Source: a virus (lineage: Duplodnaviria; Caudoviricetes). From it: DNA of 43,326 bases. Under the pieces are notes generated by a model that worked only from the letters and a program-made list of their open reading frames with translations, had not been told where the DNA came from and made no database searches. The translations under genes were made by a program, and so were the position numbers. Location of the stretch: positions 1-43,326 of the IMG/VR virus record IMGVR_UViG_3300048783_000008. One strand, 5' to 3'. Within the stretch, counting starts at the first letter, position 1. Each line of letters begins with the position of its first letter. Of the stretch, positions 8,904-17,187 are shown one piece after another.

Positions 8904-9065
8904 ATGGCCCATGTACTTACTGTGAGCCTCAACGTTGATGACCCGGATCGAGCCCAGGATGCGATTGACAATGGAACTTTGATTCCATTCCTCAAGAACA
9001 ACCAGGGTCGAATCGTTGCCGAAGTTATCTTCGAAGAGGACGACGAGTTGGAGACTTTAAGTTAG
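8904..9065 (+). CDS. Small acidic protein (53 aa), not in ORF track
   Basis: AAGGA SD; MAHVLTVSLNVDDPDRAQDAIDNG...EEDDELETLS. Confidence 0.65.
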   Translation: MAHVLTVSLNVDDPDRAQDAIDNGTLIPFLKNNQGRIVAEVIFEEDDELETLS

Positions 9066-9105
9066 AATAGCATGCGATTGCAGCATCTATTCAAGATGCG
9101 ATGGC

Positions 9106-9366
9106 ATGGCTACATTGTACTATGCCCACTTCCCAAATGAATGGGTCTGTCCTCGTTGCGAACTTATACCAAAAGGACAGATTCTCTCAGCACTTAGACT
9201 GTGTGAGGAATGCCTTGCCTCATTTAGTTCACCAGACCGTAAGGCAACTAAATGTAAGGCTTGTGACCCAACACTAATAACCTGGTCACAAGCAATCAAG
9301 CTAAACCACGATAGGATGGCAGAAGTCATCAAACTCTACCGAGATAGGATAAATTCAAATGGCTGA
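9106..9366 (+). CDS. Cys-rich (3x CxxC) hypothetical protein
   Basis: CPRC, CEEC, CKAC. Confidence 0.6.
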   Translation: MATLYYAHFPNEWVCPRCELIPKGQILSALRLCEECLASFSSPDRKATKCKACDPTLITWSQAIKLNHDRMAEVIKLYRDRINSNG

Positions 9367-10177
9367 TATGACTCCGCTTCTGGAGATGCTCAAGACCTCG
9401 TGGCAGGAGCAGGCCGATAAGGTCTCTACTTATGACGAGAAGCTCAACACTGATGGCGGTTCTGGCGCACTCGCTCGTGACGCTATCGCTGACTACGGTA
9501 ACGCCGAGGCAGTTACTGCTGCTGTTACCAACCTAGTAACTGTTTCCGATCCCCGTGAACTGCTCGCAGTTACGGCTCTAATCCGAAAGGCTTTGCGTTC
9601 AGTAGAGGGCCAGGTTAAGAAGTACGTCGACGATAATAAGATCGAGGTTACTGAACTTCCAGCTGAGGAAGTCACGGCTCTCCGTGCTGGCCGTAAGACG
9701 GCAGTGGATGCGGCCAATGCGCTGCGAATTGCGGCCTCCGCTTCTAACCCAGTGTGGGCTACTGAGGGGACTAACCTCGACGACATGTTCCCGCAGCTTT
9801 CCAACCTGCGTGGTGCTGGTCCTGGTCAGCGTAAGAAGTCCCCTCGACTTCGGGGTTCGTTCTCTTGGGCGCTCGATGGTAACGCAATTCCCGGTACTGG
9901 AGTTGCTGATGTCGCCAAGCGGCTGGGCGTCTCTGTTGGAGATGTCAAGGAAGCGATGATGAAGTACTGGCAGGAGAAGAGGGGTGTCGAATTCCCATTC
10001 GGTGACCCGCCTGATGAGTTCCAGTTCACCTTCACGACTGGCGATCCAGAGGATGCAGAAGGACATCACGACTACTCGGTATCAGCGGCCAAGTTGGAGT
10101 CAGACGTAGAAGACTCCGATTCCGATGACGAAGCGTTTGAAGAGCCTGATGAGGATGGAGACATCTTCGCTAACTAA
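9359..10177 (+). CDS. Hypothetical protein: helical N-domain, basic linker, HTH-like segment, acidic tail
   Basis: QRKKSPRLRG linker; VADVAKRLGVSVGDVKE HTH-like segment; D/E-rich C-terminus. Confidence 0.8.
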   Translation: MADMTPLLEMLKTSWQEQADKVSTYDEKLNTDGGSGALARDAIADYGNAEAVTAAVTNLVTVSDPRELLAVTALIRKALRSVEGQVKKYVDDNKIEVTELPAEEVTALRAGRKTAVDAANALRIAASASNPVWATEGTNLDDMFPQLSNLRGAGPGQRKKSPRLRGSFSWALDGNAIPGTGVADVAKRLGVSVGDVKEAMMKYWQEKRGVEFPFGDPPDEFQFTFTTGDPEDAEGHHDYSVSAAKLESDVEDSDSDDEAFEEPDEDGDIFAN

Positions 10178-10184
10178 CTGATGG

Positions 10185-10639
10185 GTAGTTAGCGATTACG
10201 GAATACGGGACGGTACCGCAGTGACCTCAGGTCGTAAGTCTCAGAGAGCAGATCAGGTTCAGGTAGAGTCGCACTACGTATGCCATGGGCCAGACGTGAC
10301 GCCCATATCTAGGAGTTCTAATAAGTCGATAGCCATTCTTAAAGAGTGGATAAGACTGGTGATAAACCACAGCCCTAAACCAGGTAGGGAACAGGGACTT
10401 TCTCTGGTTTGGCTATCGGCTTATTAGAGTTCCTAGTTCTGAGTGGGTAACGAGCGCTGCAACGCTTGGATTGATGAGGCTTCCAACACAGGATGAGTCG
10501 CCCTTATCCGGGCGCCATTGCTGGCCCACTTATTTCTCCATGTACGGAGTTCCGAAAAGGAAGGGGATGGAGTCATGTGACCATAGGGTGCTTACGACTG
10601 GACTTGGTTGGTTCTTTGTCTGTCGTCGATCGTTATTGC
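10185..10639 (+). ncRNA. Candidate large multi-domain structured ncRNA, family unassigned
   Basis: ~530 bp gap without a convincing gene; 27-bp helix 10309-10335/10410-10436 with only G-U mismatches; closing helices 10190-10197/10628-10635 and 10231-10239/10590-10598; internal domains 10441-10531 and 10536-10572. Confidence 0.7.
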
Positions 10640-10686
10640 GAGGGGAACACACCAGCACTCAAAAGCAATAGCTGGTGTGTTCCCTC
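10640..10686 (+). terminator. Strong hairpin at the 3' end of the candidate ncRNA (terminator or processing stem)
   Basis: GGGAACACACCAGC/GCTGGTGTGTTCCC perfect 14 bp; no U-tract. Confidence 0.55.
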
Positions 10687-10709
10687 CGAAGTATCGGAAG
10701 GCGTCAAAT

Positions 10710-11228
10710 GTGACAGCAATTATAGGTACTCGCACAGCAACCGCTAGGGACCGGACAGCATATAACCTTGCTGCTTTGAATCCACACGACAGGTTCATTA
10801 ATGAGATGTTTGATCCGTTGTGGACCATGGCTACACTTTACGACATTGATCCACTAGTTATGGTAGCGCAGTCATTTAAGGAGACCGGTGGCGGTAAGTT
10901 CATGGGCAACGTGCCGCCTACTTACTTCAACACAGCCGGTATTAAGATACGAGACATTAGCCCCGTTGTCTTCCCCAACGGTTCGGAAACCCCACTGGCT
11001 CACTCACAATACGGTAGTTGGTATGGCGGAGCAGAGTCGCAGGCTCAGCACCTGTATGCTTACATGGGCAAGTTGCTTCCACCTGGGTATTATTTAGTTG
11101 ATCCTCGGTGGGTATGGGTATTTGGTAAGTACAGCCTAACTCAGGTTGAAGAACTAGGCGGTAGGTGGGCACCTAGCCCAACTTACGGCAATGAAATCGT
11201 TGTCCTAATGAACAAGTTTGCTATCTAG
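10710..11228 (+). CDS. Glucosaminidase (GH73-like) peptidoglycan hydrolase (start revised to GTG 10710)
   Basis: IDPLVMVAQSFKETG...FNTAGIK...QAQHLYAY...DPRW...LGGRWAPSPTYG; GGAAGG upstream of the GTG. Confidence 0.8.
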   Translation: MTAIIGTRTATARDRTAYNLAALNPHDRFINEMFDPLWTMATLYDIDPLVMVAQSFKETGGGKFMGNVPPTYFNTAGIKIRDISPVVFPNGSETPLAHSQYGSWYGGAESQAQHLYAYMGKLLPPGYYLVDPRWVWVFGKYSLTQVEELGGRWAPSPTYGNEIVVLMNKFAI

Positions 11229-11240
11229 GAGGCCATCACT

Positions 11241-11534
11241 TTGAGGGTTATTGCCGTAGTTATATGGAGCGATCAGCTACAATGGAATGTCATGGCGGAG
11301 GGCATTAAGTTAACACTGTCAGAACAAGACGATTCAGTAGATGACGATCGACCTCTAAACCAGTGGTCAATGCTGGAGCCAACTAACTACATAGACTTCT
11401 TGCATAAGCTTATGGACGGCTTCCGTAGCTACCCAAAGGTCGAAACACTAGAGGTGGTTAACGCAATCATCTCTGTGCAGAACGCATTCGTAAACGTCCT
11501 AACTAAGGAGACTGATAGTGTCGACGTGTCCTAA
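11241..11534 (+). CDS. Hypothetical protein
   Basis: AGGAGG SD, TTG start. Confidence 0.65.
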   Translation: MRVIAVVIWSDQLQWNVMAEGIKLTLSEQDDSVDDDRPLNQWSMLEPTNYIDFLHKLMDGFRSYPKVETLEVVNAIISVQNAFVNVLTKETDSVDVS

Positions 11535-11772
11535 GTGCGGTGCGGAAGTTTATCTTACCTCAGTACAGAATCCACGCAATGGTAAGTGGACAGTTCTTCC
11601 ACTAGATGTCACCCCTGTTCCTGATGGACAGGGGTGGTTTACGTTGACAGATGTTCAGCAAGAGGCTGTCGACATCATGGGTACTGTTGCTGGTACTTTT
11701 CCAGTAGTCGAATACACTCCGTCTACTGGAACGCTAAGGACTCATAACCCGAGCCACTACTTGGAGGCTTAA
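11518..11772 (+). CDS. Hypothetical protein with N-terminal CxxC
   Basis: CPKCGA...LPLD; AAGGAG SD. Confidence 0.7.
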   Translation: MSTCPKCGAEVYLTSVQNPRNGKWTVLPLDVTPVPDGQGWFTLTDVQQEAVDIMGTVAGTFPVVEYTPSTGTLRTHNPSHYLEA

Positions 11773-11778
11773 ATCTAA

Positions 11779-12927
11779 ATGTCCTATCCATCAGACGGGG
11801 TTCTACCAGGCTTCGAGTGGGTTGATAATCCACACGTAGCTAATTACGGTTACGAAACAAATGGTCCGGCCAGGATCATGCTCCATATGACAGTTGGTAT
11901 GGGTCTATCAGCCGGTTACGTTAGTCAGCACTCGGTACCGCCCCAGTTGTGGGCTAACCCATATGACAACAGGCGTTACCAAACAGGGTCGCTCAATAAC
12001 CCAGGCAAAGCGTTATACCAACCACAGTTTGGTAGTGCCGACGCTTGGACTAATAAGCACGGTTACACGATTCAAGTAGAATTGGTTGGAATCCCAGTTG
12101 TTAATGCCGTCACTTATACTGACGGGCAGTACCGTTGGATTGGTGAGAACGTAGTTGCTCCCATCATTCGATGGTTTCAAGATATGGGCATTCCGTTCGA
12201 TCGTAATTTAGTGCGTCAAGTAGAAGATAGTTCAGGTTCAGCTAGCGAGTTCTGGTGGGGCCGAATGAGCGAGCGCCAGAGCGTTGAAACTGGTGGTCTA
12301 GTTCAGCACATTGTTGAATGGGCTAATGACCACTGGGATTGCAGCGTAGAACGACTCGACTCTATTATGAGGTACGCTCTAGCAGCGGTTGGTGGTGGAC
12401 CACCCCCTCCACCGCCGCCACCACCTAGTGGTGCTCCTAATGGTAGCGACGTTGCTTATATGCAGCAGTGGCTTAACGACCACAACGGAGCCGGCCTAAG
12501 TGTCGACGGCGATTACGGTCCACTGACAACTCAAGCAGTTGCTAATTGGCAGGCTCGACTTAATGCAGAGCGTGGTGAAGGACTAGCGGTTGATGGAGAT
12601 TGGGGTCCAGCTACTACTGCGGCTACTGATCGTTTCCTTAATAGCGGCCCGGTACCGCCACCTCCAGGTCCACCCCCTCCACCCCCTCCACCTAGTGGTG
12701 CTCCAGCATGGCCAGGAGTCTATCTAAGTAATCCGACTTCTGGTGGTGGTACTGCACAATGGCAGCAGCAAATGGCTAACCGTGGTTGGTCTATTGATGT
12801 CGATGATGAGTATGGACCAGCTTCTGAAAGTGTTTGTACCCAGTTCCAAACTGAAAAGGGACTAGGTGTAGACGGAGTCGTTGGTCCCCAAACCTGGGAG
12901 GCTAGTTGGACCGCTCCAGTAACGTGA
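11779..12927 (+). CDS. Endolysin: Zn amidase-like domain plus peptidoglycan-binding domains with poly-Pro linkers
   Basis: MLHMT...QVELVG...QH...NDHWD catalytic pattern; repeated L.VDG.YGP.T PG_binding_1 motifs. Confidence 0.85.
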   Translation: MSYPSDGVLPGFEWVDNPHVANYGYETNGPARIMLHMTVGMGLSAGYVSQHSVPPQLWANPYDNRRYQTGSLNNPGKALYQPQFGSADAWTNKHGYTIQVELVGIPVVNAVTYTDGQYRWIGENVVAPIIRWFQDMGIPFDRNLVRQVEDSSGSASEFWWGRMSERQSVETGGLVQHIVEWANDHWDCSVERLDSIMRYALAAVGGGPPPPPPPPPSGAPNGSDVAYMQQWLNDHNGAGLSVDGDYGPLTTQAVANWQARLNAERGEGLAVDGDWGPATTAATDRFLNSGPVPPPPGPPPPPPPPSGAPAWPGVYLSNPTSGGGTAQWQQQMANRGWSIDVDDEYGPASESVCTQFQTEKGLGVDGVVGPQTWEASWTAPVT

Positions 12928-13319
12928 ACGGGGACCCTAGATACCGTGCGCTTCTAGATGAGATGTGGAAGCTGCACTGTAAGAAAGGCCATGACTACGG
13001 CTCAGATGAGGATTTCCTAGCTAACTTGCGAGCATCGCAAGCGTTCGGTATCGCAGCTTGGGTCGGCGCTATGGTCCGTGCCAACGATAAGATGATTCGT
13101 ATTAAGAACGCAGCGAAAGGAGTAGACCTTGCGAACGAATCACTCGAAGACTCACTCATGGACTTGGCAGCTTACGCACTGCTTGCTTTGGTTCTGTACC
13201 GAGAGGCACACAGTACATCATCTTCACTAGAAGAAAAGATGGATAAAGTTCATAAGCAGATGCAAGCAGAATTAACGCCACTCAACGAAGCTGTAGAGAG
13301 CCTACAAAGCTGGCTCTAG
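12924..13319 (+). CDS. DUF1599-like (nucleotide-modification-associated) alpha-helical protein
   Basis: KKGHDYG...DKMIRIKN...ESLEDSLMDLAAYALL pattern; GTGA coupling. Confidence 0.75.
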   Translation: MNGDPRYRALLDEMWKLHCKKGHDYGSDEDFLANLRASQAFGIAAWVGAMVRANDKMIRIKNAAKGVDLANESLEDSLMDLAAYALLALVLYREAHSTSSSLEEKMDKVHKQMQAELTPLNEAVESLQSWL

Positions 13320-13330
13320 TTAGGAATTAC

Positions 13331-13915
13331 ATGACCCACATGCTTGATGAGCCAGTCTTTATTTCCGTTGACATTGAGACGACCGGACCGACGCCGTGCA
13401 ATGGCGAGATACTTTCCATTGGAGCAGTACCTGTTCACGATAGATGGAAGAACCTAAAGTCTGCCCCAGCGTTCTCAATGAACTTGATGCAAGTAACAAT
13501 GGCCAAGTCGGTCGACACAATGAAGTGGTGGGAGCAGTGGCCACTTCAATGGAGCCGCCACCGTGATGGCCAGCAGCCACCTAACGTAGCCATGGCACAA
13601 TTCGCTAAGTGGCTAAGTGACATTACAGCCAAGCCAATCTTTGTAGCTTGGCCGGCTGCCTTTGACTTTGGATTTATTAATTATTACTTTTGGAAACACT
13701 GTAGTTACAACCCGTTCGGTTACAGTCCAGTCTGCCTAAAGAACTTCACACTAGGTAAGCTGAACAGGCCGAAGGCTCTCATTGGCAACCGTGAGGAAGC
13801 TGAGATGCCTGAGGGTTGGCTAGTTACTCCTGAGGACATTGGCTTAATCAGTCATATAGCCTTAGATGATGCAATTGCGCAAGGTTATATGCTACAGCAC
13901 GTACTCTCTGATTAG
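13331..13915 (+). CDS. DEDD 3'-5' exonuclease (Rv2179c-like)
   Basis: VDIETTG, SIGAV, AAFDF, HIALDDA motifs. Confidence 0.85.
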   Translation: MTHMLDEPVFISVDIETTGPTPCNGEILSIGAVPVHDRWKNLKSAPAFSMNLMQVTMAKSVDTMKWWEQWPLQWSRHRDGQQPPNVAMAQFAKWLSDITAKPIFVAWPAAFDFGFINYYFWKHCSYNPFGYSPVCLKNFTLGKLNRPKALIGNREEAEMPEGWLVTPEDIGLISHIALDDAIAQGYMLQHVLSD

Positions 13916-13924
13916 TTCTCTCTA

Positions 13925-13993
13925 TTGAGTAGAGAGGGTTGGACCCAGTAGTTAATTCCCCCCTAACTACTGGGTCCTTCCTTGTCTACTCAA
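13925..13993 (+). terminator. Long hairpin with UU/UU internal loop (terminator or RNA processing site)
   Basis: Inner 14-bp stem 13941-54/13964-77; TT/TT loop; outer AGGG/CCTT and TTGAGTAGA/TCTACTCAA. Confidence 0.7.
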
Positions 13994-14026
13994 CCAGGGT
14001 AGGCAACATCAAGAGGGAGAAACAAG

Positions 14027-14701
14027 TTGAGACGATTGCTTGCTGCAATCGGTGCACTAACGGTACTAGTTGCTTCCGCACTCTTTGCGGTTTCAGCTAC
14101 ACCAGCAGGTGCATCACCGTATGGTTGGCACACTAATGATGGCGTAGAGAGTATTGGCTACGGGTACCATCAGTGGTGGGGCCAACGGGAAAGCCAGGAA
14201 TACAGTTTCATCGTTGACATCACAAACTATTGTGGTCACCCTGAAACTGGTAGGACTGACGATGACTGTCAGGACGTAGAAGTCACTGGTCGCATCCACG
14301 ACTGGGGCGATTACGAAACTCAAGTCTTCTACGCTCAGATGCCTCGTTGGATGGCCCTCCAGGCTATTTGGGCTACTGCGAGCGGGGGTGGCCCAGCACG
14401 TATTCAGTTCCTTCCGAGCCCGTATGCGCCTGACGGTTCTATTGGCGCCACCTTTACCAACGACACTGGTCAAGAGGGTTGCGGCCCGGATGCGTACTGT
14501 GGTTGGTGGGGCGATGCTTTCCACTATAGCTATGGGAGCGGTTACAACTACTACGCAGGAGTAACGAGCTACTGCACATGCTACGCTTTGGCATGGAACC
14601 AGCTTTATTTTAGTGGTCAGGGCTGGACCAACCGGGCCGTCATTGTGCTCGATATGTGGCTAGATGGAGGACTTCCACTACCACCTGCTGATCCAAGTTA
14701 G
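14027..14701 (+). CDS. Secreted protein with Sec signal peptide, Cys/aromatic-rich
   Basis: MRRLLAAIGALTVLVASALFAVSATPAGA| signal; six Cys; many W/Y. Confidence 0.8.
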   Translation: MRRLLAAIGALTVLVASALFAVSATPAGASPYGWHTNDGVESIGYGYHQWWGQRESQEYSFIVDITNYCGHPETGRTDDDCQDVEVTGRIHDWGDYETQVFYAQMPRWMALQAIWATASGGGPARIQFLPSPYAPDGSIGATFTNDTGQEGCGPDAYCGWWGDAFHYSYGSGYNYYAGVTSYCTCYALAWNQLYFSGQGWTNRAVIVLDMWLDGGLPLPPADPS

Positions 14702-14702
14702 T

Positions 14703-14756
14703 AACTAGTAGCTAGGGTTGGGCCTCACTTGTGGGGCCTTTCCCTAGAAACTTGTT
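14703..14756 (+). terminator. Hairpin with UU/UU internal loop
   Basis: CTAGGG-TT-GGGCCTCA-cttg-TGGGGCCT-TT-CCCTAG. Confidence 0.7.
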
Positions 14757-14783
14757 GACTCCATAACGATGGCATGGTACTAT
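14755..14783 (+). promoter_or_regulatory. SigA-type promoter for the replication module
   Basis: TTGACT - 17 bp - TACTAT, with extended TG. Confidence 0.7.
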
Positions 14784-14870
14784 TACCCCCTTGCGTCACC
14801 TTAGCCAAGGAGGTTAGGGACTAAGTCTCTCTACCATAGAGGAATCAAACCACAAACGAAAGGTTAGTCA

Positions 14871-15281
14871 GTGGCCACTGATACCTCTACGCATAATGTA
14901 ACTGAGAATGACCTCATTGCTGCGGATGTGCGTACAACCGATACAGACGTAAATCTTCTAGAGCATATCGACGATCGTGATATGTTTGAAAAGGTGCGTG
15001 GAACTAACCCAAACACTGGCGCTTCTTCTGGTCTAATTCTCAAGGTTGCCAACGACCCTGGTCTAAGTAAACTGGCACTTGCTCTACGGCAGATGCCTAC
15101 TGGTTCTTTCCAGGCTATCAACGGCGACCTTCGTAGTGTAGAGGCTAGTTGTGCAGCGGCAGTAGCTCTCGTTAATATGTTCGGTGAACAGGAGCTAGGG
15201 TTTAAGCATCTTCCTAAGAAAGACGACAACGACAACGACGACACACCAGTAGCTACGTCAGGTCGTTCGAGCAAGAACTAG
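14871..15281 (+). CDS. Hypothetical protein
   Basis: GAAAGG SD, GTG start. Confidence 0.75.
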   Translation: MATDTSTHNVTENDLIAADVRTTDTDVNLLEHIDDRDMFEKVRGTNPNTGASSGLILKVANDPGLSKLALALRQMPTGSFQAINGDLRSVEASCAAAVALVNMFGEQELGFKHLPKKDDNDNDDTPVATSGRSSKN

Positions 15282-15309
15282 AACTGAACTCTACCAAGGG
15301 ATGCAATAA

Positions 15310-16269
15310 ATGAAGCTGAACCTGCTAACACGTGAAGATTTAGGTAATCCAGAAACATACGTCACTGTCTCCCCTTCACAGATGGCTATGTGGTATCGCT
15401 GCCGGTACGCCTGGAAACTATCCAAGATTGACGGAGTAGGGCAGGAGAATTATCGTGAAAGCGGGGCCGCTAACAAAGGGCTAATCTTCCATGCTTTCAT
15501 GGACTGGCTTCATAAGCATTGCATCGGGCGCCCCATAAGTAGGCTGAGCCCCAGTGGTCAAATGAAAGCACTGGAACACGTTCAGCTTACTTATGGGGCC
15601 GATGCGGATTTCTACAAGGTTTTTACCATCTTCCTCGCTTACGTAGATTGGGCCGCAGAGAATGAAGAAGGCGTTCCAATCGCTTCCGAAATTGAAGCGT
15701 TCGCTAACACCGGCCTAGTCACCCGTGATGGCAGGAAGATCTTTCTGCACGGTTTCATAGACCTATTGATGGACGTGTTTGGTAAGCTGATCCTTATTGA
15801 CCACAAGTCACATACGAACCAACCGTGGACTAAGAGCCGGCTGTTCTATGACCACCAATTCATGTTCTATTGGCTGCTGCTTGAATTACAAGGCGTCCAA
15901 GTAGACGGTGCCTACGTTAACGCAGTCAACTTGTTCATCCCTGCGGATGAGAAGAAGTTCGATATGCGATTGGTCGGAATCGGTTCTAAGAATATCCGTC
16001 CTCGTTTCGAGCGCATTCCACTAGGCCCACATGAAGTGAATCTACAGTTCTATCTCGACGAGTTCCTGCGTAACATCAAGCAGATGTGGTGCGACGAAGC
16101 CGTCTATCCAATGCGACTTAGCTCCGATTGCCAGTACTGTACTTTCCGTGACCATATCGAACTAGACGCAACTGGAAACGAGAGCGCTTCAATTGCGACT
16201 CTGAAAGTCCGACACAACACTAAAGACTTCGAACTGATTGATGACACTGATGAACTAGAGGCCAGCTAA
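15310..16269 (+). CDS. PD-(D/E)XK nuclease (RecB/Cas4-like exonuclease)
   Basis: SPSQ..WYRC, GLIFH, E..., GFIDLL, IDHKS, QF.FY, CQYC. Confidence 0.88.
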   Translation: MKLNLLTREDLGNPETYVTVSPSQMAMWYRCRYAWKLSKIDGVGQENYRESGAANKGLIFHAFMDWLHKHCIGRPISRLSPSGQMKALEHVQLTYGADADFYKVFTIFLAYVDWAAENEEGVPIASEIEAFANTGLVTRDGRKIFLHGFIDLLMDVFGKLILIDHKSHTNQPWTKSRLFYDHQFMFYWLLLELQGVQVDGAYVNAVNLFIPADEKKFDMRLVGIGSKNIRPRFERIPLGPHEVNLQFYLDEFLRNIKQMWCDEAVYPMRLSSDCQYCTFRDHIELDATGNESASIATLKVRHNTKDFELIDDTDELEAS

Positions 16270-16508
16270 TGAGTTCTACGGATCACGAATACTTTGGCCT
16301 GTCGTACGATGATATAGAAGACCTTAGGTACCACTCGACAGTATACCCACACCATGGACTAAACTGCTCATGTATGGATCAGTTCATCCGTAAGATGAGG
16401 AACCATATGAAAGACATTGTAGGTGAGTACAGTGACGTTCCACGATTTGAATATGTACTGATGAAGGCTGTAGATACGAGAGCTAGACTTGCCTCTAATA
16501 ACGGCTGA
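16269..16508 (+). CDS. Hypothetical protein
   Basis: TAATG coupling; HHGLNCSC. Confidence 0.6.
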   Translation: MSSTDHEYFGLSYDDIEDLRYHSTVYPHHGLNCSCMDQFIRKMRNHMKDIVGEYSDVPRFEYVLMKAVDTRARLASNNG

Positions 16509-17187
16509 TAAGGCATACGCAACTAAGTGGGAAATCCTACTGTACGGTGTACCAGGGATCGGAAAGACCACCCTCTTTGCTGACTGCCCGAACGTTCTGT
16601 TCATTGAAGTCGATGACAACGGCCACACCGTTCTGCAGAAACACCCGAAGGCCGATGCAATCAACATCTTCCACACACGTCGCTGGTCTGAACTAGCCGC
16701 ATTCGCTAACGCCCTACCAACTAGTCAACTAATCAAGGGCATCGACACCATAGTAGTCGACACCATTTCTGAGTGCCAAGTCTTAGAACGCCTAAAGCAA
16801 ATTGGTGGCTCACCGCTTACCGAAGACAAGTGGAAGTTCAACCAGTCTATTTACAGCCAGAACAACTTCAAGGTGATGGCTCTAGTTCGAGCTATCAAAG
16901 GGTGTGGCAAGAGCATAGCATGGCTTTGTCACGAGAGCACTGAACTTACTGACACCGGCGAGAAGCTAGTGCGGCCGGCTGTTAGTGCAACACTTCTGTC
17001 CACCATTCAGGCTAACATTGACGGCCAGTTCTACTACAAGCGTCAAGGCGCCAATAGAGTTCTGGAAACAGATGGGGCTGGAATGATACAGACTAAGAGC
17101 CGGTTCGCTCGTGCCCGGCCCTTTGTAAATCCAACTTGGAAAGAGTTGGAACCCTTCCTTACGAGCAGAATGGACCCGAACAAGTGA
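16489..17187 (+). CDS. Sak4-like / AAA_24 P-loop ATPase (recombination)
   Basis: LLYGVPGIGKTT, IVVDTIS, LCHE, TKSR; lies between the nuclease and the SSB-like gene. Confidence 0.85.
   Translation: MPLITADKAYATKWEILLYGVPGIGKTTLFADCPNVLFIEVDDNGHTVLQKHPKADAINIFHTRRWSELAAFANALPTSQLIKGIDTIVVDTISECQVLERLKQIGGSPLTEDKWKFNQSIYSQNNFKVMALVRAIKGCGKSIAWLCHESTELTDTGEKLVRPAVSATLLSTIQANIDGQFYYKRQGANRVLETDGAGMIQTKSRFARARPFVNPTWKELEPFLTSRMDPNK

Noticed and set aside
10010-10153. CTGATGAG hammerhead-core matches at ~10011 and ~10146
   Set aside because: They encode Pro-Asp-Glu within a CDS; no flanking stems or GAAA core.
10333-10392. Resemblance to a c-di-GMP-I riboswitch (CCAUUC...GAGUGG, CCUAAACC..GGUAGG)
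   Set aside because: The GNRA loop and the conserved GGCAAA/GCAAA junction residues are missing; kept only as a possible receptor-like motif.
10221-10828. Short ORFs 10221-10427, 10471-10671, 10493-10747, 10592-10828 and the 10608 start of the glucosaminidase
   Set aside because: No convincing SD or protein-like features; they overlap extensive base-paired structure.
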